Shown: one piece after another, positions 37,863-52,207 of the stretch
Position numbering within the stretch: position 1 is the stretch's first letter
Layout of the letters: each line of letters starts with the position of its first letter
NCBI GenBank assembly: GCA_964016885.1
Contig: OZ024742.1
Coordinates: forward strand, 68,634,001-68,698,000
Length of the DNA: 64,000 nt
Origin: Eledone cirrhosa
Taxonomy: Eukaryota
Direction: 5' to 3'
Notes under the pieces: generated by a model
Databases searched by the model: none
What the model was told of the DNA's origin: nothing
What the model saw: only the letters and a program-made list of their open reading frames with translations
Position numbers and translations under genes: made by a program

Positions 37863-40601
37863 TTTAACCCTTTAACATTTACATTACTCTATATTTACTA
37901 TTGTATTTTCACGGTAAACACATTATCTCACATAATTATCCCACATAATATTGAATCTACGAGATTTTGAGAACAATACCTTAACATAAGTATGAGCAGC
38001 TGATTATAGCTGGTTTAAACAGAAAAAGACGAGAGAATTCTGGCCGGTTTAAATGCTAAAGGGTTAAGGTGTTTGTACTTTCTTGCAGAACAACAAAATT
38101 GTTCAAACTAAAACAGATATGTAGAACATCTATGAAGAACTATAACAATTATACTTCCTTAAAAAAAACCTGCCAATAAAACGATGGTGTGATGTTGTAG
38201 GGGATTGTTCCATGTGATTGCTTCTTTTACACTTCGACTTGACACATCACTTTGCCTGGAGAAGTTTTGCCGAGACGGTTTAACCATTTCAAGACAGTAT
38301 GTCTAAAAAAAATACTCTTATTTCGATTAGTTAATATAGGATTATTTTTCGAGATTTACTAAAATTATTGATTATTTCATTAAGATAGTAACTTAATGTA
38401 AGGTTCTTATATAAAATTATATTGGAAGATTTTAATTTAAATTGGAAACCTTTAAAATGGGTGATTTTATTTCATAGAATCAGAGCCAGGCTGGTAAAAA
38501 AAAAAAAAGAAACAAAAAAGGATTAAATCTAATTATAATTATGAGCTAAAGGTCGATCATGTTAAACTGATTGACAGCATTCATTACTACACTTATACCA
38601 AATCAACACTGTTTTTAGACTAAGCTCCTCGGGATATTGATCAAATTCTGTTTCCTCAAAAGAATGTACTGTTAGTGGCTGCTGCAACATTGACTTGCTG
38701 AAGAATCCTGTTTAAGCAAGCTGTAAATGTTTGAGGAGTCAGGATGAACAAGTATGTGAGTGGGATAAGTCTACTACCAATTTATTTTTTGAAGAAAACA
38801 TGACTCCACCATTAGAATTTTCTTATTACTCAACAGGAGTTCAGAAAAGCAAAATTTTTAAATCAGCAGTGCAGTCTATGAAATCATTAATTTGTGTGCA
38901 TAGAATACTGAAATTGAACCAAATAAAGTAATTTGATCCTTGGTGAGAAAGAGAGAATGAGATGAAGGAGGAACATTTAAAAAAAAAAAACAAAAAAAAA
39001 CACAAGCTTGTGATATATTTGTTTTTATTGGTTTATCGACTGATTTTGATTCCATCGATTATTATTATTATTACGGAAGCCGAGCTTGATGAAAGTATGG
39101 TGACGGTGCCTCTGCAGAATGCTATCATTTATACCGTGGCTAATGTTACCATGGTCGATCAAGCATGATGCTGCAGACACACATAGAGTGACATACATAG
39201 GCACATATGATATATATTATACACGAAACATACATAGTAGTACATATATACATATATTATCGCATTTGAATGCATATAGACATGTAGACAATTATTGAAA
39301 CATATATAACTTATACTGACAAAGACAGATGTTATGAATACTGGTAGACGTAATTTCAATCTCGGTGAGTGTATGTAACATGTCAGTGAATGGAAGGGAG
39401 AGAAAGAGGGATTGTGACACAGCAACAAATTGACCGGTGAAGAGATTAAAGTTGAATGGTAAGAGAGAGATGTCAGAGAATGAGAAAGATTATGTGGAGA
39501 AGTGAAAGAATGGGATGAAGGTTGAAAATAATGAATATAGATGAAGACAAATAGTTAAAAGAGAGGAGGGGGAGATGGTGCAACATGTAATACAGAACGT
39601 GTGAAAAGGGTTGTGAGAAATAAAGACCGGGAGAGTGAAGGATTTCTTATAGGCACAAGGTCACAAATTTTGAGGATGGGTAGGTTTGATTAAATCGACT
39701 TTCAGAAGGATGAAAGCTAAAGATGACCTTGATGGGATTTAAACTCATAACGTAAAATGTTGCCATAATGGCCACAAAGTATTTTATCTGACGCTCTAAT
39801 GATTCTGCCAGTTAGTGAGTGAGAGAGACATATTTCACAAAAAGTAATAATTTACACCCGAAGGAGAAAAAGAGCAATGGTAATGGAGAAAGGGATTGGA
39901 AGATCAATGAAGGTGGGTTAAAAGAATAGAAAACAGAGTCGAGAGGGGAAAGACGGGAAACCAAAAGGGAAATAACTTGTAAATAGTCAAGGGAGAAAAG
40001 AGAGAAGTAAGGGAGATAACTTTTTTTATGCAGCAGACGAAACAAAGCGAGTATAAAGCGAAAGGAGAGAGAGAGAGAGAATTGTAAAAAGAAGAGTTAG
40101 ATAAGAGAGAGCTATCAATTGTAGTTACGGAAGTAGGAGAGAAAGAGACAACGAATAGAATTGAGTAGAAGAGAGGGGGGACAATTATTAGAGTGGTTAG
40201 TAGACGAGTAGCGGTGAGATTTCTGGTAGAAAAGAGATGCAGATAGAATTAAAAGGCAATGAAATGACATTTTGTAAAGAGGTGGGGGCTATGTATGGTG
40301 ACACAGTAATGATATTTTATTAAACATTATATGCTGACTTTTATTTAATTTTTTTTTTCAAATACAACATTATATGGTGAAACAGTAGGATAACATTTTG
40401 GCTCCAACTAGTCATTGTATGGAGGACAAAAGCCATTATTTTTCTTTTGTGGGTTAGATATAGACATTGTATGGATAACTAAAGGGGGTGAAATGTTTTT
40501 TTCTATCTACAGAGACTATTTCAAGAGAAATTCATTGATGAATAAGCAAGGATTGAAATACAGGATCAAATGTAAGCATGTATACATTATGGAAACAAAG
40601 A

Positions 40602-40636
<35 letters not shown>

Positions 40637-41240
40637 TTCTATGGTGATTTTGTGAGATAAAAGTCAGTTTTATGACAAACCAGTGAAGCAAAATCTGTTT
40701 TAGGTCTAGATCTTTTATGAGGACTCAATGAAAAATCACTTTCAGACAAATAAATTACATATTCATACACACATGCATGTATATATTATTACACACAAAC
40801 ACACACGTTGTGTATATATATATATATCTATATGGTCCTGTAACTCCTGGTGGAGTTGTAGGGGCACCATAGTGGCATACAGTGTTTCTTGGACATTTTA
40901 AGCTTGCCAGGGACCCATCCCTCTCCAGGTCTGAACACAGCAGATTTCTTCCAGTGAAGGATAGAGTGAGAAGAGATATAGAGTGAGAAGAGATATAGAG
41001 GAAGAATCGACCCTAGTACTAGATTGGTACTTTTTTTTTATCAACCTCAAAAGGATGAAAGGCAAAGCGGACCTCGGCGGGATTTGAACTTAGAGAGTAG
41101 AAAGCCAGAATGAATATCAAATCATTCTATCCAACATTGTCATGACCAATCCAAACCAAACAGTGAGTGTGTTTTATTATTATTTCTGGCAATATTATAA
41201 CAATATGACCCTCCCCAAATATAACAATATATATATATAT

Positions 41241-41280
<40 letters not shown>

Positions 41281-43250
41281 AGACTGGAACCTATACAAGC
41301 AAATCTCAAAGGAGAATAGAGACAGACTTATAGATTGCATTTGCCAGCCACAGAATATATATTGATATATATTAGTGAACAGAGAGACACACAAAAATAA
41401 AATTGCAGGAGGAAAACCCCACTTTTGGTTAGAAGAAAAAATTTAAACCAGAGATTGAGTGTTTTAAATTTTTTCTTCTATTTATAAAGATAGGTTTCCA
41501 TTCTTTTAAATAAAATTCACACACAAACAGATACATTGTATATATAATTGAACAAATGGGACAACAGTATTCAATGCTGGAAATAGAGCAATAATTAAGT
41601 AAATGAATGAACAGGAATATTCTATTTCTGAGGATTCAAAAGATGAAGTTAAATAGTATTTAACTATATGTGTGTCTGTTTGTCTCATTCTCATATATGG
41701 AGTGTGCAGTGCACTTGGAATGTCAATGTAAGTCTGGTACCGGTGAAGTGTGTGTTTATAGTTGGTGGACTGCATGTGTTTGGGGTGCATGCACAGTATA
41801 TGTGTGTGTGCATGTACATGTATGTGTTTTGTAATAAATTGCATGAATGTGTAAGTGTATGGTAATGAGAAGCCATCTCTCTCAAAGATGATAATGATGA
41901 TGAGAGACTGTCAAGGCAGCCATCATGGCAACAAAATATTTCAAATACTTCAACCAATATGTCAAACAGATGTGTTGGAGTAAACAAATCACACAAAAAC
42001 ACACAGGTCAAAACATCATTTTACTCTCTCTCATAGCACACACACATTAATTTCTAATTTAGGCACAAGGCCAGCAAATTTAGGGGAAGGAAAAAGTTGA
42101 TTAAATTAATCCCAGTACTTGACTGGTACTTTATTTTATTGACCCTAGAATGATGAAAATCAAAGTTGACCTCAAAGGGATTTGGACCCAGAACATGCTG
42201 CTTCATATGACTAATGATCCAGCCAATTCACCCCTCTTAATAATATTAATAATAATAGTATAATTATCCATCTGAAGTCAATAAAATAAAGGACCAATTA
42301 AGTACTTGTGACATGGGATAGATATAATCAACCATCCTCATCAAAATGTTTGTGCTAGTGTTAGAAATGATAAATTCAAATGCTACTTGGGTTGACATTA
42401 CTTTTCATCTTTTTGATGTTGATAAAATTACTACCAGTCAAATCATATTATTTTCCCCTAAATTTGAGCCTTTGTAATGATGTTTAACCCCTTTTTACCA
42501 TATTTCTCACTGATACAAATTGCCTATAAGGTTAAATTATTATAGAAGATTTTGAAGAATTTCAATAATATATCTGCAGTTTTATGTATTGGTATATATT
42601 ATGGAACTGACGAACAGAAAATTTCACAATATCGTTTATATTATAATTGATTTTTTAAATAGAGATTTTAATCTATATATGAACACTTTAGTGTGGGCAA
42701 CCTCAGGCAGGATGGCATTATATGGGTTAACATTGACATGGGGGACAGAAATTTTATAAGAGAAAAATGTAATTTGATTAAATACTAATTTTATCCTACA
42801 AGTCCTGACTACAAGTAAAAGAATTCCTTGGAGGAAGAAGATTAAGGAATATCTATCGCCAAGACTGTAATCATGTGATAATGCTAATAACCATTTCTAG
42901 AATAGACATAGAGCAACAAATTTAGTGGAAGGGGAATCGTCTACTTAAACATCCCCAGTTCATTACCGGTCCCTATTTTTTCGAGCATAAAGGCATGTAA
43001 CTATATGCCTCAGGATTTTTGATTGGTATTCTACCAATTCTGAATTTTTTGCTAACAATAATGATAATAATTATCAATTCTAACACACACAAGGCTAGTT
43101 ATCAACCCCAATGTCTGACTGGCACTCAGAAAAATAAAAAGTAAAACTAACCAAGATGGGATTCAAACTGAATGTAAAACATAACTAAATACCACAAGGC
43201 TTTTTTGACTAGCACACTACTGATTATGAAATTTAATGAATCACTATTAA

Positions 43251-43810
43251 TAATTGTTTCTACTTTAGGAACAAGGCCAGCAATTTGACGGGGAGGGGAA
43301 AGTTGATTAAATCGACCCCAGTGCATTACTGGTGCTTTATTCTAAAGACCCTGTACAGATAAAAGGCAAAGCTAACATCGACAGGATCTGAACTCAGAAC
43401 ATAAAGGGCCATAACTATGCTAGAAACCAGGGTGTCCAGCGCTCTACCGATATTGCCAATCCACTGTCCTTACTAATCACAAATAATAATAATTGTTTCT
43501 ACTTTTGGTACAAGGCCAGCAATTACACAGTGTATTACTGGTACTTTATTTTATCGACCCCGTAAGGATGAAAGGCAAAGTTAACCTCGGCAGGATTTGA
43601 TAATAATGATAATTATAATTTCTAACATAGAACAATAGCAATAATTTGATTGAATTATACTAACACCAGTACTTAATGATACTTTATTTTATCAATAAGA
43701 AAGATGAAAGGCAAAGTCAACCTCAGCAAGATTTGAAGACAGGACTCAAAATATAAAGGGACATAATGTATAAGGCATTTAGTCCATAAATCTATCAATT
43801 CTGTTAATAT
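43251..43810 (-). mobile_element. Cluster of minus-strand tRNA-SINE copies (one full, one truncated, one degenerate)
   Basis: Main family reverse complements; older copies also at ~42050-42240 and ~42890-43230. Confidence 0.8.
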
Positions 43811-44037
43811 TAATGATAATGTAGACATGCCCATCCACACATTTTTGGATTGGGTGTATTTAATTACATTTAAACTCAGAACTAAATATCAAGCTGTAAT
43901 TAATTATTGTCCTTTGATGTTGAATTCAAACCTGCAAAGATTGACTTTGCTTTGCATGTTTCTTGGGCTGATGAAATAAAGTAGCAATCAAAAACAAAAA
44001 ATAATTCAATCAGGTGGTGCTGTATTATTATTTATAT

Positions 44038-44830
44038 GGCGGTGAATTGGCAGTATCGGTAGAGGGTCGGACGCCATGCTTTGACGCATAGAGTTACGGC
44101 CCTTGCCATTCTGAATTCAAATTCCGCCGAGGTTAACTTTGCCTTTCATCCTTACGGGGTCGATAAAATAAAGTACCAGTAATACACTGGGAAATTGCTG
44201 GCCTTGTGCCAAAAGTAGAAACAATTATTATTTATAAGGGTGGGAGATTAACGGTATCGGTGGAGCGTGGGACATGCTTTGCAGCATAGAGTTACATCCC
44301 TTTACATCCTGAGTTCAAATTATCTTTCATCGTTTTATCTTTCATCCTTACAGGGTCGATAAAATAAAGTACCAGTAATGTACTGGAGCTGATTTAATCA
44401 ACTTTCCCCCCTTCCCTTCAAATTGCTGGACTTGTGCCTAAATCAAACCATTATCAAGGTTGGTGGATTGGCAGTATTGGTAGGGCATCAGACATGCTTT
44501 GTAGTATAGAGTTACATTCCTTTATGTTCTGAGTTCAAATCCCGCCGAAGTTAGCTTTGCCTTTTATCCTTAAAATAAAGTACCAGTAATGCACTGGAGT
44601 CGATCTAATCGACTTTCTCCTCCCCCCAAATTAGAAATCATTATTAGTGGATTGGCAGTATCGGGAGAGGGTCGGACGCCATGCTTTCCAGCATAGTTAC
44701 GTCCCTTTATGGTCCGAGTTCAAATCCCGCCGAGGTTAACTTTGCCTTTCATCCTTACGGGGTCGATAAAATAAAGTACCAGTAATGCACGGGTTAATTG
44801 CTGGCCTTGTGCCTAAAGTAGAAACAATTA
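44038..44830 (+). mobile_element. Four tandem plus-strand tRNA-SINE copies
   Basis: Heads at ~44038, ~44240, ~44460 and ~44647; the first has TSD attattatttata. Confidence 0.9.
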
Positions 44831-45290
44831 TTATTATTAGTATTATTATATTATTTTCAGTCAAGTATGAAAATCAAATGGGCCATATTTGAGTAAACAA
44901 AAATACTTTGTACTTTGATATTGTTCATTTCAACAATATCAAACTTAAATGACATTTTGTTTAACACACTGTGATAGGAGTCAACAGCATATCTTATAGC
45001 AGTATATCTCAGCATTTGGTGTTAGTGTAGTAATATCAGTAGTATTATCCAATATGCTGTTATAATGTTATCACTGATGATATTAACAGTGCCTAAGTAA
45101 TATGTCCCAGCATTTGGTGTTAGTGTAGCAATATCAGTAGTATTATCACAGAGTATCCAATATGCTGTAATAATGTTATCACTGATGATATTAACAGTGC
45201 ATATCTAATATCACTGTAATACTATATCAACATGTTATAACAATGATAATGCTCAATATCGTGATACTAACAAATATTATCTGATTTAAT

Positions 45291-45457
45291 AGTATTTCCC
45301 GGCGTTGAAGATGCTACTTTTTTCCTAAAATAAATCTCAATAATCTACCATTCATCCTGGAGGCCGAAGGTTGTTTATTATTTTTTTTCAAATTTTTGGT
45401 TGTGAAAAATAGGGTCCCTCCTCGAGGCCGAAGCGTCTTCGGCACCAGGAAATATGG
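45291..45457. mobile_element. pogo/Tigger-like MITE
   Basis: TIRs gtatttcccggcgttgaaga / tcttcggcaccaggaaatatgg, TA flank; second copy at 63798-63965. Confidence 0.75.
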
Positions 45458-46656
45458 TACATGAATATACCGATGTGATAAAAGTGGATAACATGTCTGA
45501 ATTAGATTAGTGTTTTATCAGCAGAAACCCACCATATGCTATCTGTGTTTTAATAGCCGTAGTTTATTAGATGAGATCAGTGTAATACTAGTAGTAGACC
45601 ACTGTATAAGATCTGAGTTATAACAACATTATTAAAGCAAGATCAGTGTTACATCAATGGAATTTTGTTATAATAGAGATATATCATCTACAATGCTAAT
45701 GTAGCACATCACAGGCTATAAAGACTTTTATAACAGCACTATACTACTATAAGAGATCAGCGTAATAACAGTGATATAAGAATGTATAACATGTTATCAC
45801 AACAGCAATCACAAGTCACAACTGTAATCACAAAATGTATGAGTTAGAATACACCAACAGTATAGCACCTGATATTGTTATATCCACATAAGAATGTGTA
45901 ATAATAGATTGGATATGGCATGATATTAGATTATCTAAAACAGCCATAAATGGTGAACTGGAATTTGTTTAATTTCTTTTTATATACAAAATTTTAAATA
46001 AATAAAATGATGAATTGAGAATTTAAAAAAAAAATGCATTTCAAATGTATTATAATTGAAATTGTCCAGATATTTATCATTATTAATTTATTTACATGAA
46101 ATAAAATAGAATTAAATTTTAGAGAAAAAAATAGTAACAAATTTTTTCGTTTTTAAATTAAACAAAACCAAGAACAATATACAAGATAAACAAACCAACA
46201 TAAACACATACATACGTGTACACATATGTGAGTATACACATACAGATAATATCAATCCAAAACATTTGTGGTTTATAAAACCCGTGAAAATTAAAATTAT
46301 GAACAGAAAAATACAATGTTTATACATACAAACACACATGTGCGTATGAACATACATATATACATATTCATTCACACACACACACACGCACACACTTACA
46401 TTTGTGCATGTATGTATATAGATGAGTTTGTATACATGTATGCATATATATTGTTTAGCACCCAGGTAAACCTTGATCTAGCAGAGCTATAATCAAAAGT
46501 GTTCCAATCTATCTTTTTTGTACATCAGGGACTATGTTGTTCAATGTATTTTCCTTTATTCAAGATTATAGCAAGTGATATGAGAAAGATTTGGCTGCTA
46601 TTTTTGACAGGTTGAGCAACTACATAGCTCTGGTTTTAGCTTGTGTGTGTGTGTGT

Positions 46657-46731
<75 letters not shown>

Positions 46732-47431
46732 TGTGTGTCTGTGTCTGTGTGTCTGTGTCTGTGTGTGTGTGTGTGTGTGCATGGGAGCAGATATAGTTTA
46801 GTGGTTAAGAAGTTTGATGTGCAAGCAATCACATAGTTTCTAGTTCAATCCCACTGCAGTACACATAGGGCAAGTGTTCTTTACAACTCTGACCAATAAC
46901 TTGAGTGGAATTGGAAAAATAGAAACTGTGCTGAATCCCATCGTATCAACCTTGATTCCCTTTCTTCATCCAACCTATGGAGAGATAACAATGTACTGCT
47001 AGATGCAACTCACTCTCTTCAACACTTACTCAATGCTACTCCCCTGAACTTTCCACTGAGAGATGACTCCCTCCTTCAGCAAGTAGCATGTAGATTGTTA
47101 CCACCCTTATCTTCTCCTCACACTCCCAACACTGGCTGAGGACACAAGGTGTGTATAAGGAGGCAGTAGTGGAGTTACAATAAAAAGTATGCAGTTCGCT
47201 CTGTAAGGTGGTAATGCTGGTACTAAGATAAAATGCTGTATAGTGCTTGGCATTAGGAAAGGCATCCAGCTGTAGAAACCATGCCAAAATGGAATGAATG
47301 AGCAAGATGACCTGATTAGTCTCAGTATACGACAACCTTTTTAATCCTTGCGAGCATAGAAAATAGATGTAAAATGGTGTTGATGATATATATGTGTGCA
47401 TGTATGTATGCGTGTATGTATACATACATAT

Positions 47432-47481
<50 letters not shown>

Positions 47482-48244
47482 GGAGAGAAAAAGAATGCAT
47501 GAGAGAGGTATCATGTGTAAGCACACATGTATCTGCAAAGAATTGTCAATATATTGATGTTTCAGACAATAAATACCTTGTATTTATTCCATGATATATG
47601 CCCCTTTATACTAATATGAGAGCCATAAAATAAGTACAAGAGGAAGTGATTGTCGTTGATATAATCAACTGAAAAATCTCTAAAGGTGACACCCCAACAG
47701 GGTCACAGTCCAAAGACAGACTAGTGTGTATGTGCATACACACACACATAATATATATATATATATACAGACATACACGCATATACACACACACACACAC
47801 GTATATATATATACACACACACACATGTATTTACACACATATGTATATGTATATACACTCATATGTGTATATACATATACACATATGTGTATATATACAT
47901 ATACACTAATATATGCATATATATAAACTTACAGAAACAGACATGTGTGTATGTGTATACATGTGACAAGCCTATCCAGTTTCCATTTACTAAATTTCAC
48001 AAATAAAGTATTAATCAAAGTGAGCTACAGTAGAAGACACCTAACCAAAGTATGGTATAGTAATATTAGGCTCAGAACCACATGGTTGCAAAACAAACAT
48101 TTTAATCATATAGTCATGTCTGCACCCTTAAATACACACACATGTATATATAAATATATATCAATCACTATTTTACACAATTGTGTTTATTTCATTCTAG
48201 CCTATAATTATTTTTTTTGCCATTATATTAACATTAGCGTATAT

Positions 48245-48287
<43 letters not shown>

Positions 48288-48289
48288 CT

Positions 48290-48840
48290 GTTGTCCACTG
48301 TAGTCTCCCCACACGAAACAAAGTATGAAAATTGAAGCTCCTCAAAGGTCAATCACAAAAAAGATAGATGGCATGTCAGGCCTTGACTATTGGGGTCGAC
48401 TAGAAAGACTCAAACTTATTCTCTCCAAAATCGCCATGAGTGCTACCTCATCTGCATGATGTGGAAAATATTCCATCAATATTGCCCAAAAGATGTTGGT
48501 ATCACTTGGGCCCCGTGCTATCCGCCCATGACAAAAATCACACTCACATCTCATAACAACAATATGGCACAATTATTTCACCTCAATTGGCCCCACTCTC
48601 TTTAACATTACACCAAAACACATTATAACAGAAACAGACACCCATAAAGTTCAAGAAGTCTTTGGACAAATGCCTTCAAGAAATCCCTGATAAACCTCCT
48701 ACACCCAGATATGTCTCCTTAAACAATAACCCTCTATTTGAGTGGGCCATGGTGTCCAAATCCTGATTTGAAAGACTTCGCCAGGTGGTGCTATTAAGTT
48801 AGACACGACCTGGGCAATAGTGGCTGAAACTTATCAAAGT
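48290..48840 (+). mobile_element. CR1-group LINE 3' fragment
   Basis: LDYWGRLERLKL/YSLQNRH..YLI..WKI; F...LDK.L..IPD.P tail motif. Confidence 0.7.
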
Positions 48841-48975
48841 TATATATATAAACACACACACACACATTAACGTCTTTAGAATATTCAGCCAATCACACAT
48901 TAATTTCATGAGCAGGCTGTTCTGTTTGTCAATCAACTAGAGCACTAACTGTCATAATTGATAGGTACCCCCCAC

Positions 48976-49031
<56 letters not shown>

Positions 49032-49319
49032 GTATATAGTAATGTAGTTGAGTATCATATATCAGTATTTATTATACATTTGTTAACCTAGAATTCTATA
49101 CAAAATGTAAATCAAACAAATATAATTCTATATCATTAAAGAGCTATTTATGTCTCATCTTTTGATTTAATATATTATAGTTTGCTTATTTTCTAAAACA
49201 AGTAAAATCAAATTAAAGGACTCAATACTGGTTGGTGAAATCAATAGGCATTATTTTCTAACAACTGAATGCAACAAATGTATAATCTCTTTCTCTCCAT
49301 GTCAAGTTTGTTAAACATT

Positions 49320-51965
49320 AATAGAAGATAAGATACTGCTCATATGTTTGGGGTATATCATGGGATATGGTGAAAGAAGAGAAAATAAAAGCAATATAGA
49401 CCATAGACGCATGAAAGTCGGAGGAGTTTAAATATTTGTAGAAAATGGTCGTGTAGAGAATGGTTGTGTAGAGAATGGTCGTGTAGAGAATGGTTGTGTA
49501 GAGACAGGTCATGTAGAGACAGGTCATGTAGAGACAGGTCATGTAGAGAAAGGTCATGTAGAGAACGGTTATGTAGAGAATGGTCATGTAGAGAACGGTC
49601 ATGTAGAGAATGGTCATGTAGAGAACGGTTATGTAGAGAATGGTTATGTGTAGCTTTTGAGTAGAAATTCATAGCATATTGATTAGTTCACATTTTTTTG
49701 AAAATAGATTCATTAGCCTGTGGATAAGTTAGTTATTTTACTGCTTATGACAAATATCTATATGGAACTGATGTGAGCGTGTCGTTTAAATAGGTTGATA
49801 GGTAGGTTTTTACATTGACTTTTTTCTAAATTAATAACTTTGTATTTGATTGTTGTAAGGAAAAGTGGGCATTTAAGGAGAGATGATTAGAGTATGGTGA
49901 TTTTGTTGTGATGTAGGGTTATGGGTATTCTCATGTGCATGCAAGTTCATAAAAATTCACATAGAAACACATACAGACACCATCATACGAGGCAATGATA
50001 AATTTATGGAGAATATATATGATAAAGATATATTTAGAGAGAATTAAAAATATAATGTATAAAAATAAATCATAACATATATAAGAATGTAAATAAGGGT
50101 AGGATATCAATGTTTATATAGGTCACTAATATACTGATAATCATCTTTCATGCTTATCTAAAGACTCATACTTACACTTATGTATAAGATTTATAATGAA
50201 CGTGTGTTGATGGATGGATGGATGTATTTTGGCAAAAAAAATTTCTAGACTTTCTGTAATGCATAAGTTGCAGAGCTTTTTGTTTCAATATACTATTCTG
50301 CTCTGGGAAAATGCTCAACTTTATGTTATATGTTAAATTTTTATTCATCCAGTCTCAAATAAAACAGGAGAATGGAATGTATTTGCTTCTATACTGGTTT
50401 CTAAAAGTTTTGATTGAAGTTAAAGTATGTTTTATTCATTGATAGACTTTATCTTTGGCTAAACAGCAATTGGCCCATAGGGCTAATTATTGGTTTAGTT
50501 AGTAGTCTGGTGTAATTTAGATAGATTATATGAGGCAAGAATCTGTGAAAAATTTGGTGTGGTATTTTTATTGAAGAATTTGTAATACTCATGATATGTG
50601 AAAAGGACATTGTGTGTTACTGAAGTGGTTGCAGCCAACTTAAAAGAGGATTATACCAATTTATATTTCTTTGGATTGCATTTCTAGTGTTGCCTTCAAC
50701 ATACATGATTTTTTTTTGTTTGAATTTAATTTTGGAGAGTATCATTTTAATAGTTAGAGAAATCTGTCTAACTTTGTTAGCAGAGGGTTTGGACAACCTC
50801 AGTGATATATTTTTGACTAAACTGTTAATAATGTTCTAATGTAATTAGTTTGTGTATATACTTTCAGGTTTCATTTGGTTTGCTGTAGGAACAGTATAAG
50901 GAGTTGCTCTGATTTAAAGTGACATCCAAGAAATTAGAAATGGTAACCTTAATGTGTGTAGCCCATAAATTGCATGTATATGCTTTATTTTAATCAGCCT
51001 GTTTGTTGACTTTATTGAGCAGAGGAGACCATCATACTTTATCATTCATTTTCTTATATATCGTATGTTGTTTCATTTTTATGTATTGTATTTTTTATAT
51101 CTGAAGGTGAAAGTGGGAAGAATAAGCATTCAATAAATATTGAAGAGAGTGAGTGACTTCTGGCAGTACATTATAAATTCTCATTTTGTATACTGTTATC
51201 ATATATCAATTTTGTCCATATGTACTGTTAATGCTACATATGATCATGTATGTACACGTGTGTGAATTTGTATGTGCACTTGCATGCATACAAGAATACC
51301 TATAGCCCATCACCACTCTAAAATCAATATCTTCTAATCATATCCATTTAATCTATCTGCTTTCATTACAAAAATCAAACACTAAATTTACTAATTTACT
51401 TTGGAAAAAAACATACAAATACAAAAATTTATCTCTCAAAAACCATCACCTCACATCAGTTCTATATTGATATTTGTAGTTTAATTAACATACCTACAGA
51501 CTAATGAACCTAACATATGTTATGTTATGTTATCTACACACATTCACTAAGCTGTACATCAAATTACCAATCGTGTACCTTTTAATGTATGTTTTAGTTG
51601 TTTTTCTGTACACCTATTCTACATACACAATCACATCAAGGAATTTTCATATCTAATTTTACAACCACCACTTAATCATGATCACACAGAATAAAACCAA
51701 TTAACCACTTTTCTAGTGAAAATATAATTTAAGTATCCATAATTATATGGAAGAAGGAAACACACCACCACCAACACTAATAATCAAATCAATTGCATAT
51801 TTTTCAAAATATACAACTTAATCAATATACATTGAATTTCCATTGAAAAACTACATAATCCTTCTCTACAAATATTTAAACACCTCCAATTTCCCTGCTT
51901 TTAGCTATCTACATTTCTTCATCATACTTCACAATGTATCCATAAATATGAACAGTCTCTTGTTT
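49320..51965. mobile_element. Two old CR1/L2-like LINE remnants in inverted orientation (+ ~49320-51150; - ~51300-51965)
   Basis: ggaggagtttaaatatttgtaga (49420) vs tctacaaatatttaaacacctcc (51865); gaactgatgtgag (49765) vs ctcacatcagttc (51450); GGV.IFV endonuclease-like and G.PQ RT-like remnants. Confidence 0.55.
49437..49650. repeat. 15-bp minisatellite (TGTAGAGAATGGTCA consensus), about 14 units
   Basis: Direct reading; no spacers. Confidence 0.93.
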
Positions 51966-52159
51966 TCTGTGTGTATCTAGTTTAGAATAAATACATATCA
52001 TCTCTGCAAGTCTTAATCGGAGATGGAAAGGTTAGCACCAGAATCATTGACTTAAAAAGCACTTCATGATGAGTATGAAGTCTATTAAAGAACCTGCAAA
52101 GCTAACCTCTCTCTTAGCAAGGAAAATGGCGTTAAACATTTGTCACATTCATTTTTAGA

Positions 52160-52200
<41 letters not shown>

Positions 52201-52201
52201 C

Positions 52202-52207
52202 TTTATT
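52202..52207 (-). promoter_or_regulatory. Candidate polyadenylation signal (AATAAA) for gene B
   Basis: First AATAAA I found on the minus strand, about 345 nt after the gene B stop; motif only, and the DNA is AT-rich. Confidence 0.3.

Noticed and set aside
49437-49650. Regular repeat array resembling CRISPR, and the repetitive ORFs across it
   Set aside because: Contiguous 15-bp units with no unique spacers, no cas genes, eukaryotic context
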